A stretch of DNA of 63,352 nucleotides, filler included, from Octopus bimaculoides (lineage: Eukaryota): assembly GCF_001194135.2 (NCBI RefSeq). It is 7 parts of 6 records of this genome, joined end to end, with 100 filler letters (N's around TTAATTAATTAA, not from the genome) between each part and the next. Parts side by side here need not be neighbours in the genome. Positions count along the whole stretch, not along the records: positions 34,369 to 59,602 come from NC_068982.1; 6 more parts are not named here. One strand, written 5' to 3'. The notes under the pieces were generated by a model, which saw nothing but the letters and a program-made list of their open reading frames with translations, searched no databases and was not told the DNA's origin. Shown here one piece after another: positions 37,528 through 51,145 of the stretch (its first letter is position 1; every line of letters begins with the position of its first letter). The translations under genes were made by a program, and so were the position numbers.

Positions 37528-38119
37528 ATAATTCTTGTAATTGTTGGCGCTGAAGTTGAAAGTAATGAAGATGTTGTCGAAGGTGACGCTGTTGATGAGA
37601 CGACGATGAGGATGAAGATGATGATGTGGTGGTGGCGGCGGTGGTGGTGGTGCTGATGAAGATGACGATGATGATGATGATGTGATGGTGGCGGTGCTGG
37701 TGGTGCCGGTGGTGCTGGTGACAATAATGGTGATGTTGATGATGATGTAGTGGTGGTGGTGGTAGTAATGGTCGTGGTGGTGATAGTGATGACGATGATA
37801 TAGTGGTGGTGATAGTGATAATAGTGGTGGTGGTGATGGTTATGATGATGATGATGATGATTATGATGATGATGATGATGATGACGATGATGATGATTAT
37901 GGTGGTGGTGGTGGTGTTGGTGGTGGTGGTGTTGATGATGGTTATAATGATGTTGATGATGGTGGCAGTGGTTGTGGTGGTTATGATGATGATGATGATG
38001 GTGAAGATAATCTTCTCAACTATGAGCGCAAGGTCTGCGAATTGGTGGGTTGGGGGTCAGAACCCCACCCCACCCCNNNNNNNNNNNNNNNNNNNNNNNN
38101 NNNNNAAAAGATAATGACC

Positions 38120-38174
<55 letters not shown>

Positions 38175-38230
38175 TAATAATAATAATAATGACAACTTAC
38201 GATGACAACGATAGTGATGATGATGATTAT
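35918..38230. repeat. Dense compound trinucleotide microsatellite field: (GAA), (GAT), (CTA), (CAC), (GTT), (GGT), (TAA)
   Basis: Direct observation. It explains the poly-K/M/V/L/S ORFs. Confidence 0.9.
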
Positions 38231-38620
38231 GATTATTGACAATGATCATGATGGTAGAAGTCATGATATATTCATAGATACTATAATCGCTTCAGACATC
38301 TCCCCTTTACTAATTAACTCACTTAACTGCCTTCAAGATTATCGCTGTTGTTATAATCGTATCGTGATAAACAAGCACCAACACCACAACAACTACAACC
38401 ATGGCCATTAAGAAGTATTACAACCGTACATCAAGTTTATGTCCAACACTACCGCCGCTAACAACCAATTTGCGCCACAGTGGAATTTCCCAAGGTGTCG
38501 ACCGACCTACTAATGTTAGCCATCAAACATTTCTGGAAAGCCAAGCACAATCTGATGAAGGAAACGTGAGATAGCGTTGGATACTCTGCATTGTCGATAG
38601 ACCAAGAAAACTGCTGGATA

Positions 38621-39147
38621 TCTTTTACTTGTTTCAGGCATTGGACTGCGGCCATGCTGTAGCACAGCCCTTATTCGATCGAATCTATCCCCCTTACTTG
38701 TTTTTAAATCTTTCTTTTTATTCTACCGTATTTTTATTTTTACCAAATATAGACCATTGTATAAGGAATGAAAGGAGTATATTCTTTTTTACCAAAGCAC
38801 TAGGTAATTGGACGGAAAGAAGCCAACAAGTTACCAAACTGTTGTGAGAGACAAACACAATAACATATGCACACACACGCACACATGCACGCACACACAT
38901 ACGCACAGAGACACACAGAGACACACACAGACACACACAGACACACATTCGAAATTTTAGTTTAATTCCGAATTACACGTGTTACTTTAGACGAGGACAC
39001 AGTTTGGATTATACACCTTTCTGTCTGCAAGGGCTTTATCAGCCTAGGGTTATAGTAGGAGACATTTGGCCAAGGTGCCTCGCAATGAGATCGAATCAGG
39101 CACCATGAGGTTACGAAGCAAATTTCTTACCACGCATCCATGTCTTC
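38621..39147 (-). mobile_element. Diverged SINE family A
   Basis: cttttacttgtttcag.cattggactgcggccatgctg ... gacatttggccaaggtgcc...gcaaatttcttaccacgcatccatgtc. Confidence 0.7.
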
Positions 39148-39230
39148 AACGAATTCAGTCATGGCCATGGTTCACATGTACATCATATTATATTTTACAT
39201 ATACAAATATTCCCGCGTATACTATCGGCA

Positions 39231-39269
<39 letters not shown>

Positions 39270-41069
39270 TATATATATATTGCAAATGTGTTTATGTGTA
39301 TATGCAGGTGTTTGTTCATTTACTGCTTGTCTAGGGAGAGTGTTGTATAATATATGAGGGAGAAACGGAAAAGAGGTCGGTCGACTGACTTGCAATTCAA
39401 ATCATTTGTATACAAAATTGTATATAATGGTGTATGTATGTGTATATGTACGTGCAATTTTAAATATACTGCGTTGTTGGATAAGGTCATCGCCACGTAG
39501 AGTTTCTGTACTTATATCTGCATGCGTAAGTTTGTTTTGAATGCAGTTTTGTAACTTTCCCTTAATTAAAGCTTTTCATTTTATGGTCGATTGCAGCACA
39601 AGTGTGTATGCGCTTGCCTTTATGTGAGAGTCTATTCCCGTGTGTTTAATTACTTACCGTATATAACATTACTTGTAAGGCAGCGCGAGCGTACGTGTAT
39701 ATAGTGAGGCAAACTATTGCTTATGAAGTATATGCCCGTAAATACCTTTATGATTTGTACGTACAAACACTGTATCAATGGGTGTACTTGTTTTCAAATG
39801 ATAAAAACAAGGCCTGCTATTCATAGCTTTTTCCTATATATATATATATGCTTTCTACTGTTTCTTTGCAGGTCTAATGAAGTAAACTTTCCAATGGAGG
39901 CAGTAATTGTATTAACGTCAACAATTCTCGTACAGAAATTTTCGCTACGTCTCCAAATAAGATTAACACTAAAGAAAATTATGACATCAACAATTGCCAA
40001 TGTAAATGAAAATTGTAGTTGTATTAACAATAAATTGCGCTAATGGAAATACATTATACAATAAATTATTATATAACCAGTTCCATCCAGCCTACATTAT
40101 TCAAGAGTAACAGCCAAAGTTATAAACGTTCAACTACAAACCATTTCATATTCAGATATAACCATCATAGATATACCGTTATGAAAGTAAATCCCGCACG
40201 ATTTTGCCCGAGCATTATTATATTCAGGAATTAAAATCAAATAATTTAAATTATATTATAAGGGAAACACTTCAGACTGCAAAAGCCGACGGCCAATTGA
40301 TGGATGTTTTTAGTATTTTTTTTCATGAGAAAATGCTATGATGTTTGTGAAACATGTGCAGTCACCAACCAGATTTTCAATGGAATACAAAAAGAAAACA
40401 AATACAGTAACTTCCTAATTTTTACACAAATGATGAAAGAAGCTGCGATTACGTTGTTGTAAATCTTTACACTTAAATCATTGATACACAAATCATAGTG
40501 ATTTGGAATAAATTCGCCCACGTTCAAACACTTCAAGTTCAGTAGCCTTGACCGAGCACTGCATCATATTGGATTTTATATGCTAATTAGTACATGTGCT
40601 TGTACATTGTATCTATATGTGTGTATGTGAGCGCGCGCATTGAGCGTGCGTGTGCATAAACAAAAAAAGGACAGAGGTAAAAAAAAGTGACTTTAGAATG
40701 TATATAGATGAAAATGTCTATGTGGACATGTGTATGTATTTGTGGCTATGTATGAACGTTTATCTATGTGTGTATATATGTACTTATGTATGTATGCATG
40801 TATGTATACATATATATATATATAACTGTATATATATATATATATATATATATACTTGTATATATATGTGTAAACACACACACACACATATGTATATCTG
40901 TGGTAAAATACACACACAAACACACACATAGTTTTGTTATACATGTGAGTGTGCATGGATATGTGTTTGGTGTGCGTACCGTGTGTGCGCTTGGGAATAG
41001 TGTCTCACAGGAGATATGGCTTTTTGTAGCACATCAAGCATATAGTAAGAACACTATCATAGATCTTCT

Positions 41070-41132
<63 letters not shown>

Positions 41133-41134
<2 letters not shown>

Positions 41135-41345
41135 CAGTGCCTCTAAAATCAAAACCGCTGACAAATGGTATAAACACCATCTTGAAGCTGTGACTCAGGG
41201 AGAAAAGGTGTCACTTCTTTGGGACTTCCCCGTACATACCGACAAAACTATAAAAGCTAATAAACCGGGTATTATTATAAAAGATCAGACAAAGAAGAAG
41301 TCTTTATTAATTGACATGAGTATTATCTGCGATCATAATATAGCT
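41133..41345 (+). mobile_element. R4/Dong-type endonuclease-domain fragment directly after (TAA)n
   Basis: KWYKHHLEAVTQGEKVSLLWDFPVHTDKTIKANKPGIIIKD....LIDMSI. Confidence 0.8.
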
Positions 41346-41449
41346 CGAGAGCTTCATGGGATACTTAGCAGAAAGTAAGGAAACATTTCTAGTGACAGTT
41401 AGGGACGAGGGAGCATTGAAAGCAGAGCAAAAAATGTAAAACAAAGGAA

Positions 41450-42320
41450 GAAGTGCAAAAGGACACGAAGAAGAAAGATTACACGATCAATTCCATGTAG
41501 CGACAACAGAAGTTGCTGGGAAAATAGTTGGGATTGGTTGATAAAAGTAACCTTTAAAAAGAGACCGACAGCACTATACTCACAGTGCAAGTCCTACTTT
41601 GGCCACGAACAGAGGGATCAACTTTAGGAATAAGCAAACGTCTCTGATGTGCCGTATCTGCAATAGACTGGATGAAACCATTGCCCATATCGCGAATGGA
41701 TGCCCTAGACTTGTCCAAAATCACTATATGTTGTGATGACACGATGAATTAACGAAAGTGCTACATTGGAAACGGTGCGAAAAAGTGGGGGCTAGAGAGA
41801 GACAAGACGTGACATGAGCACAAACTGCAGAGAATGGTGGAGTCAGATGCTAGCAAAATCCCCTGGAATTTCCCAATCCAAACAGATCAGGTGCTAAAGC
41901 ATAACAGACCGGACCTAGTGGTGGTGGACAAGGTGCATCACATATACTATATAGTTGATGTTGCATGCTCCTTTGACCCACGAATAGTCAAGAAGGAAGG
42001 CGTAAAGAGAGATAAATAGAAACATTTTAAGTACGAAATTGTCCGCGTATGGAAAATGAAGAAAGTGAAGATAGTGCCAGTTATTGTTAGGTCTTTTAGA
42101 ACAATATCAGAAGGTATCAAGTGGAATATAAAGGAAATTGGAATAGAGTGCCTAGTAGAACTGTTATAAAAGGTTTGCCTCATAGGCACGGCCAGAATAA
42201 TCAGGAAAGTATTAGATAACTGAAAAGAATGGATAGCATGGTACCGTAGGTTGTAGGTATCAAACCCACTATACATGTAAGAATCCAGGAGCTCTAACAA
42301 AACTCGTGATAAATAGAAAT
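41450..42320 (+). mobile_element. R4/Dong-type 3' end: CCHC knuckle, PD-D/E endonuclease, C-terminus and 3' UTR
   Basis: CRICNRLDETIAHIANGCP, VLHW, WNFPIQTDQVLKHNRPDLVVVDK..YIVDVAC, KVCLIGTARIIRKVL. Confidence 0.88.
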
Positions 42321-43043
42321 AATAATCACAGTCGTTGTTATCATCATCATCATCATCGTCGTCGTCGTCGTCGTTGTCATTATCATCGACATCATATTTG
42401 ATTTTTGAAATTCTTCCGTATCATTTCAGACTACAACAAATTGCATTCTGCAACTTCCTTCCATCTCTTTTCGTACTTCAACCCGTCCAGCTTCACTTAC
42501 TATAACCACTTTAACCATCTTGGCCACTCTACAGAATACATCACTGTGGTATCGCCATCTCACCACTCGTCTTCACAACTAACATCTTCGTAGCATTTCA
42601 CTTTTCAATCGACATTTATCAATGGAATTCAATTAATATATCTCTTCCTTATAAAGGAAAAGTTTCATTAACCATTAATTTTCGGTCAAGTCTTCGCAAA
42701 TTTCCATTTCAATGATTTCGTTTATATCCCAATCCCCGAGTAAAAGGACCCGCTACATCATACATCACCCTGGCAGGAATAGCAGCCGCATCAACACTTT
42801 ATCTTGTCTTTGACATCATTTCTTAATTTTCATGAATATTACTCCGACGCAGAAAAGCAGAGATAATTGCAAAAGCCTCTCGAATACATACATAGAATAC
42901 AACCGCAGCTTTTCAGTCGCTGATTTAATAAATTTCAGATTTAAGGGAACGAATGATGAGAACGCTAATAATGATAACAAAATACTACTACTACTAATAA
43001 TAATAATAATAATCATTTCTGAAATTTGTGGATGGGAGGACTG

Positions 43044-43214
43044 GTCGAATATATCGACCCCAGTATTTCACTGGTACTAATTTCATCGACCCCGAAATGA
43101 TGAACGGCAGAGTTGAGCTCGGCGGAATTTGAACTCAGAATTTGAACTCAGAATTTGAACTCATACCGCTAAGCATTTCGCCCGGCTTGCTAATGATTCT
43201 GCCAGCTCACCTCC
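43044..43214 (-). mobile_element. SINE family D monomer with an internal triple 13-bp duplication
   Basis: atcgaccccagtatttcactggtact...tcggcggaatttgaactca; GAATTTGAACTCA x3; agcatttcgcccggc...gccagctc. Confidence 0.8.
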
Positions 43215-43228
43215 ATACCATAATAAAA

Positions 43229-43265
<37 letters not shown>

Positions 43266-43278
43266 CGACGACGACGAC

Positions 43279-43320
<42 letters not shown>

Positions 43321-43424
43321 GATGACGATGATGACGATGACGATGACGACGATGATGATGATGAAGAGGAGGAGGAGGAGGAGGAGGAGGAGGAGGATTG
43401 TCATTATCATCATTATTGCTATTT

Positions 43425-43670
43425 CTATTTCACTAGTGTGTGCTAACTTGGTAAGCGGCTAATATTTCATGGACCTTTCTTAGCATTATTGCAGGATATA
43501 GGATGATACTTTTCCGCTGGTCGGCAATACGAGTTTCACTTCCAATTTCTTTCACTCTTCTAGACAGCATTTTGTGTACCGGACCAAGTGCTGCAATTTC
43601 TGTAGGAATAACTGTCGTCTTGGTTCGCCACTCTCTCCTCAGCATCCTGATATTTCTCGATTTAATTTTT
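43425..43670 (-). mobile_element. R4/Dong-type C-terminal fragment, diverged
   Basis: EWRTKTTVIP.EIAALGPV...RVKEIG....QRKSIILYPAIMLRKV. Confidence 0.6.
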
Positions 43671-43762
43671 CAATTTCTCTGTTATCAACTCTGCTCTCAT
43701 AGCGAATTGCAAAATCTATAATCTTACGCTGTTTGTTTATTTCGTTCTCTATAAACACATCT

Positions 43763-43901
43763 GAGAGACCGATAGAATAAGTACTAGGCTTACAAAGAAT
43801 AAGTCCTGGGGTCGATTTGCTCGACTAAAAGCGGTGCTCCAGCATGGGCGCAGTCAAATGACTGAAAGAGTAAAAGAGTAAAAGAGTAAAGAGTAAGAGT
43901 T
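43763..43901 (+). mobile_element. SINE family A 3' fragment, little diverged
   Basis: gagaccgatagaataagtactaggcttacaaagaataagtcctggggtcgatttgctcgactaaaagcggtgctccagcatgg + (GAGTAAAA)n tail. Confidence 0.85.
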
Positions 43902-43968
43902 AATACTTCTAACAACTGTGAAGTAATATAGAAATAACATTGGCATGGAATTTAGCCTTGACAAGTAG

Positions 43969-44094
43969 GTAAAAGCAACGTCTAAAAGAGGAAATGTAAC
44001 AAAAATATCACCTGTCAAGCTCGATATAGATAGAACCATAAAGGAGTTAGACCCAGAAGGCACCTATAAAATCTCTTGGTATAAACGAAAGTGA
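43969..44094 (+). CDS. Candidate terminal exon (VKATSKRGNVTKISPVKLDIDRTIKELDPEGTYKISWYKRK*)
   Basis: 41 open codons after TAG|; AATAAA about 50 nt after the stop. Acceptor weak; no homology recognised. Confidence 0.2.
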   Translation, partial: VKATSKRGNVTKISPVKLDIDRTIKELDPEGTYKISWYKRK

Positions 44095-45019
44095 TAAAAT
44101 TAAACACAATCAAATGAAAGAGAAAATACAGAATCAAGAAAGAATAAACTAATATTTGTTATAGCAAGAAATAATAGAAATTATATATGAACACTTCTGT
44201 AGTCAGTTGATGTAATATATTGTCGTCTGGAATCTGTAATTCTTTAAGAAGTTAATATTCTCTATTGAAATATACGCTCTCACCTACGGAGAAGAAAGAA
44301 AAGAACAGTGACATATTTATCAATTAACTTCTATTTTGTTCAACTGAGGGCGTTCTAGTTCATACGTCTGTATCTAACGTAGGCATAACAAAGTACTTGG
44401 GATACACAAGTGACAAAATACAGAAATACGCGGTAAAATTCATGAACAGTGAAACATGTGTTATTCTAAATGTAACGATTAATGGAGTATTGTTAAGGTG
44501 TTCAAATTTCTATTCAATTACAAGCATAACTAAGACTGAAATATATCTCACAGGATTACATAGAAAATATGTTACGTTTAGTTAGGATAATTGTGAACTG
44601 GGTCTCTAAAAGAAAAAGTCGGTTGGCTTATTTCATCCTCTCAGAAGAAAATGAATTGGAAAGTTTACTTTTTACATACAATAAATGCTAAATTTTAAAG
44701 ACAAAAGTCAAACGTTGTGATAAGTACTGTTGTGTATTGACTAAATTTTATTTCTTGGTGAGACAACATTTGAAATCGAACACATTCCGTCCTGTCTCGA
44801 TGGCCAGTGGTAAATGCTTTCATGTCACCGCTTATGTTAGTTTGTTTCTTTAATTTTATTTATTTATTGTTTATCTATAATGATGTAGAGTTTCAAGAGG
44901 ATGTGTTTATATCAAAGAATCAGACGACAGAAAAAATTTTATTTTAAATTGCCTCGATGCAGTTCAACTCCATATATTACAATGCTTCGAAAAGACGTTT
45001 CGCGGCTCAATTTCTGAAA

Positions 45020-45463
45020 CATGTGGCTGCCTGATAAGTAGTTTACTTACCAACCACATGGTTCCGGGTTCAGTCCCACTGTGTGATACCTTGTGTAAGT
45101 GTCTTCTACTATAGCCTCGAGCCGACCAAATCGTTGTGAGTGGATTTGGTAGAGGGAAACTGAAAGAAGCCCGTCGTATATATGTGTGTGTATGTATGTG
45201 CATATGTGTGTGTGTATGTGTGCGTGTGTGTGTGTGTGTGTGTGCATATGTTTGTGTGTCTGCGTTTGTCCCCCCAACATCGCTTGGCAACTGATGCTGG
45301 TGCGTTTACGTCCCCATAGCATAGCGGTTCGGCAAAAGAGACTGATAGAAGGAGTACTAGGCTTACAAAGAATAAGTCCTGGGATCGATTTGCTCGACTA
45401 AAGGCGGTGCTCCAGCATGGCCGCAGTCAAAATGACTGAAACAAATAAAAGAATAAAAGAATA
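45020..45463 (+). mobile_element. tRNA-derived SINE family A, full length
   Basis: Complete head (caaccacatggttccgggttcagtcccactg), body, internal (TG)n and (GAATAAAA)n tail. Confidence 0.9.
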
Positions 45464-46487
45464 TAGACGCATAGTTGCATGCATATCTGAATCAAAGCAT
45501 CAATGCGCGTATATGCATCTCAGCAAGCACTTTTACACACATGCAAACATGCAAACACACTGAAACACGTGAGCACATATTCATATATCGACAACTGAAA
45601 CACTAAGTCATCTCAGAGATATAATGATCGAAATATATATATTTGAACCTATGAGTGTATTCATGCTCGATTGTATAACTGTCAGACCTCTATTTAGCAT
45701 TGTTCTGAATGTCTTCAATAGAAATTTTTTTCATTTATCAATAAACTTAAGCACGTCCTGTATGTAAGTATAATCTCATGGTAAAATGCTATTGAGAGAG
45801 GGCGGTGGTATTAAAACAAGTCACTAGCTCGTGCTCAGCAACTTGGAAAGTGTACTAACCTATATCTCAGAACTCTACATGTGTGTGTTTGTGTGAATAC
45901 TTATATGAATATTTGCGTGTGTTTTAATACAATTATGTGAGAGAGTTTATGTACGTTTCTGCATGTCTGCCAACATGTTTTTGTATCTGTACGTCTATGT
46001 GTATCATATTACATATATATATTTATATATATATATATATATATATATTGTGTGTGTGTGTACATTTGTATGTATACGTCTATAGTTGCGTATCTATATA
46101 CGATTATTGTGTGGTTGTTTTGGAGTGAGAATAGAAGTTCTGTGCGTATGTATCAGTCTGTGAGTGTATATGTTTAAGTGCGTCAACAAATGATAAAATG
46201 TAATTAATAACAGTTCAAACTCCCACTAGAAATTTTGTAGAGGAATTTGCGAAAAATATCTCTTTACTGATGCACATATAGACATATGATCCTTTGTTTG
46301 TGTGAGTGAATATGTATACGTTTGTATATCAAGGTTCAAATATATATGTATATGATCCATGTTCTTTTCTACGTGTGCTAATTTATGCGTGAATTTTTAG
46401 CTTGTATACTTACACGCCTATATGCAATGTATGTGAATATTGATCTTCATAGTGATAATGATATTGCTGATGTTGCTGATGTGCATC

Positions 46488-46541
<54 letters not shown>

Positions 46542-46691
46542 GTGGTTCTTCCCATCTTCTTCGTAACATTGCTAACATTGGGGGATTGAAACTAATCTCC
46601 AACTAAAAACATTGCAATTTATTATTGAGGGACCATAACTGCACTTTGTGTAACCATAACATTATATGTTCCGATATACTTTGGGGAGATA

Positions 46692-46766
<75 letters not shown>

Positions 46767-47658
46767 ATGTGTGTCTGTGTGCTTGCTTGTATGAGTTTTT
46801 ATGTCTGTGCATATACGAGTGCGGGTGAATGCGTCTATGTACAAGTATATTACTGCATAAAAATATATGCATGTATGTGCGTAGACATTAACACGATCAC
46901 GTATATGTATTTAGATAAGTATGCACACATAGATACATAGATACATAGATACATACACCATGCATACATTCATACATATGTAAGTACGTACATATTTAAA
47001 TACAATAGTCTTTGAACATGTGCAACAGCCATTGAATACTCGAGAGGAACTTCAACAAAATGCTGTTGCCTAATTTAATGGAATTCTCATGCAAAATATG
47101 GATCCGGGCAGATGATTTGCCGTTCGTTTATCTCACACTAATTTAATAGATTCCCGAGATGAATTATTGATTTATGTTGCTTATAACTTTAGGAAACAAA
47201 AACTGCTTTTGATTTGGACTTTGCTCTGTAATTAAAGCCAAGTAATGCTACTGTGTGGGTGTATATATATATATATATATACATGCATATATATGCATGT
47301 GGGGGGGGGCGTGTTTGTGTACATATGTATGTATACGTATATGTATATATATTATATATATGTATAAATACACAGACACACACAGACACACACAGACACA
47401 CACAGAGACACGTACACACACACAGACACATACACACACACACATGCAGTTTGAATTGCAAACTATCTCCTTGCTACAATTCTCTGACATTATTTCTTTC
47501 TTCTTTTCTTCCGTATCTTCGCATCTTTTTTTCTTTTCACTATCCCTTTTTCTAGGTCTGACCTCTCTCTCCCTTCTCTCTCTCTCCCTTCTCTCTCTCC
47601 CTTCTCTCTCTCCTACTCTCTCCTTCTCTCTCCTTCTCTCTCCTTCTCTCTCTCTCTT

Positions 47659-47689
<31 letters not shown>

Positions 47690-47776
47690 AAATATATATA
47701 NNNNNNNNNNNNNNNNNNNNNNNNNNNNNNNNNNNNNNNNNNNNNNNNNNNNNNNNNNNNNNNNNNNNNNNNNNNA

Positions 47777-47810
<34 letters not shown>

Positions 47811-48715
47811 AACGTCTTGCTCACTCTCGTATATATATATTTATACATACGTATGTGTGTGTGTGTGTGTGTGTATCTCTTTCTCACTACATATCTCTCA
47901 TAGTCTGTCTCATTTTCGTTCTAACTCCTCCCTCGGAAACATGCAAGCATGCACTTTAGCTCGGTCACGCATGTACACACACAAATTTTATATGCAACTC
48001 AAAGTACTACTTTCTTAATTTGAATATCCACCGTAAGAGATACATATATATCGCCTATGTATATTTGTTACGCATTTATATAACATATATGAGTATGTCA
48101 GAACGTACAACGCGAGCAAGCATTCATATTAATGTATACTATTACATAAAGAAACAGACATATATATACACATGGATATATAGATATATTTATGCATGCA
48201 TGTGTTATTGACTTTTCACTTAACTGACAGCAGATATGCACTAGCCAGCGTGGAAACACACAAAACTTGTAATTGGATGGTACCCAGTAGTTTTAGACAC
48301 TATTTCCTATATTTACAGCAGGATCCCGACGAAAGAATTCTGAATTCGGGTCTTTCGGTCACTATTTATTTGCAGCCCATTTTTACATTTCCTTGTAGGA
48401 AAATCTTACCCGCCATAAATTTATTTCGAACCAGTCTCCCAATATTATATACATACAAGCTTTTTGCTGTAACCAGTCGTTTCGAAATTAGCACTATTTC
48501 GTTATATATATATTCCTGTATTTTTGGTTCTACTTGAATATTTCTAACAGAAACTAACTCCGCAAAATTTCGAAACACATTTTTGTCGCATTCCTATTAT
48601 AATTAATCTGACGCCGTGTGTCTATAGAAAAGTCAACTAGGTCATGTTTGCCCACTTGTCCTACATATTACCTGCCAAGATCTGAATGCGTTTGTAATAT
48701 CGCAATACTACACAG

Positions 48716-48907
48716 TGGCTGTGTGAGCTATCTCATCCTCGTCGCCACTGTTATGTCTTGGGAGATCCTACTTCTTCACCTGGGGGCATCGACACAACAG
48801 CGTTTCACCCAAATGCCCAAATGCCATCTATTGCACTGGGAAAGGATTACTGGTTTTTGGAGAAAATCTACAATTCCGTCCCGTTTTCCATTGCTTCTAG
48901 TCCTTAA
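48716..48907 (+). CDS. Candidate coding exon (WLCELSHPRRHCYVLGDPTSSPGGIDTTAFHPNAQMPSIALGKDYWFLEKIYNSVPFSIASSP*)
   Basis: Frame not in the ORF track; starts right after aatactacacag|, 63 open codons, GC-richer than its flanks. ID..AF...G..YW spacing loosely resembles a hemopexin-type blade. Confidence 0.3.
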   Translation, partial: WLCELSHPRRHCYVLGDPTSSPGGIDTTAFHPNAQMPSIALGKDYWFLEKIYNSVPFSIASSP

Positions 48908-49850
48908 TTCGAGTTATGGACCGAGAGTAGAGGTTTGTTTGAAAGAGTGTATTTCAACATCTCTTTTGAACTGTAAATATTTATCCTACATATAATGACA
49001 TAAATGGAGACACTTGCTTGATCATTCATGATCAAAGATATCTATCTGTGTGTGATAAGATTCACGGACAATTTACCACAAGATCTGATACTTATTCTCG
49101 ACAGCCATGTGAACTATTTCAATGTAGAATAAAGTGATCTTCCCACTCACGCAACGAAACGTCTGCTGCAGATTTAGTGTCTCATGGACCATGAACTGAT
49201 AATCAAATTCTTCAAACTCTTAGCCATCCCACCTCTACGCTGTAAACTTTAACACGTTACAATCATACGGTAGAGATAAAAAGTGGTTATTCTCGGCTCT
49301 TGAGAGTAAATAAAAATAGATCAGCGTATAGCTTTTGGTCTTTTCAGAATCGCAGTCAAGCAGTTTGAATGAGAGTTGACCTATCAAATGAAGCATTAAT
49401 TGTCCGTGTCCATAGCTGAAACATTTAATGTTGAGACATGACGTTTCGAGAAAAAATACGTAGTATTATATACATATATATGCAGAATATACATATGTAT
49501 ATGTGTGTATGTATGTGTTTATGTATATATATGTATATACTTTGTAGGTTAAGTGTAGCATTTTCTTTTAGATAGCATTGGGTTTAAGAATCGAGTGAAA
49601 AGCTGTGATGAGAGCACTAGACATATCCATTAATAATCGATAGAATCCTTGCAACATTACTAAATAGTATTTCTTTTCAATGAATATTAAATATATTCTT
49701 CCCATATATGTGTGTATATATGCGCTAACGTGTATGCGTGTGTGCCTCTTTGTGTATATATGCATACATATGTGCATGTATAGAGAGAGATATGAAGGTT
49801 GAAAGATAAAGTAATACATGTAGGGGGACAGACAGAAGAAGAAAAATGAA

Positions 49851-49896
<46 letters not shown>

Positions 49897-50675
49897 NNNN
49901 NNNNNNNNNNNNNNNNNNNNNNNNNNNNNNNNNNNNNNNNNNNNNNNNNNNNNNNNNNNNNNNNNNNNNNNNNNNNNNNNNNNNNNNNNNNNNNNNNNNN
50001 NNNNNNNNNNNNNNNNNNNNNNNNNNNNNNNNNNNNNNNNNNNNNNNNNNNNNNNNNNNNNNNNNNNNNNNNNNNNNNNNNNNNNNNNNNNNNNNNNNNN
50101 NNNNNNNNNNNNNNNNNNNNNNNNNNNNNNNNNNNNNNNNNNNNNNNNNNNNNNNNNNNNNNNNNNNNNNNNNNNNNNNNNNNNNNNNNNNNNNNNNNNN
50201 NNNNNNNNNNNNNNNNNNNNNNNNNNNNNNNNNNNNNNNNNNNNNNNNNNNNNNNNNNNNNNNNNNNNNNNNNNNNNNNNNNNNNNNNNNNNNNNNNNNN
50301 NNNNNNNNNNNNNNNNNNNNNNNNNNNNNNNNNNNNNNNNNNNNNNNNNNNNNNNNNAAAAGGAAAGAAAACAGAATTTGCACACAGGACTTTTCCATGG
50401 TTTTTTTTTTGTTGAATGACTTTGGATATCCTTTGATTAATGCTTTCTTTCCACGAGGATGTTTCTCTTTGAATATTCCGTTCCAGGGAATACTATTCTT
50501 GTCTTCAAACACGCAACGCAGAAATATTTTTGTGTCGATATTTTCTAATGTTTCTTGGATTTCAACGTTTGACACTCTTTTTTCATTGTTCTTTTTTTTT
50601 TTGGGGGGGGGGTGCATGTAGAAAAGTGTATCGCTTACTGGTTACAGTTTAGCACACACTATCGCAAGATCAAAA

Positions 50676-51005
50676 TTTCAATTCTTGGACCAGCTGGTGC
50701 GTTGTGTTCTTCAGCAAAACACACCATCTCGCGTTACTCTACGGTCACTTCAACACCTGACATGTCTGTCAAACGGTAACACCGGTGTCCCAACACTAGC
50801 TCAGCGTAGACGGAAACCGCACGTTGAGCAAAAGGGCAAACGCTCGCTCGATCTCGATTTTCACTACGAACACACCGTGCAGCTGTTCAGACAGAGCCTG
50901 GGTTCACGGAGGAAATGTGCTAATGTACAGCGCATATGTTTAATCACTATAAAACCCAATCATTAGAGCAGGTTGCTATGCAAGAAATTATAGAACCGTC
51001 ATTCT
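50676..51005 (+). mobile_element. Family C-related SINE remnant interrupted by a 28S rRNA fragment
   Basis: 50676-50750 aligns to the rc of 18560-18630 (ttcgattcccggacc.agctgg.gtgttgtgttcttgaacaagacac...cacgttgctc). Attribution of the right-hand part is inferred. Confidence 0.55.
50766..50879 (+). pseudogene. 28S rRNA gene fragment (domain V, sense orientation)
   Basis: CTGTCAAACGGTAAC..GGTGTCC....AGCTCAGCG..GACGGAAACC..CGT.GAGCAAAAGGGCAAA.GCTCGCT.GATCT.GATTTTCA.TACGAA matches the conserved eukaryotic 28S segment. Flanks do not continue the rRNA. Confidence 0.9.
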
Positions 51006-51145
51006 TGGACATCAAGCCATGCACCATCACACAGTCTTTTGCATATGATACCAAATCGTTTTATAAAGCAGCGACATTTCATCTTCAATAACTTTTCACT
51101 GATATGATAATATGTGAATATTATTTCTTATTATTACATAGCGCC

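Noticed and set aside
38552-38570. CTGATGA-AG-GAAAC-GTG
   Set aside because: No stem II, G at the cleavage position and no stem I.
50685-50966. 93-aa ORF
   Set aside because: It reads through a SINE and a 28S rRNA fragment; not a gene.
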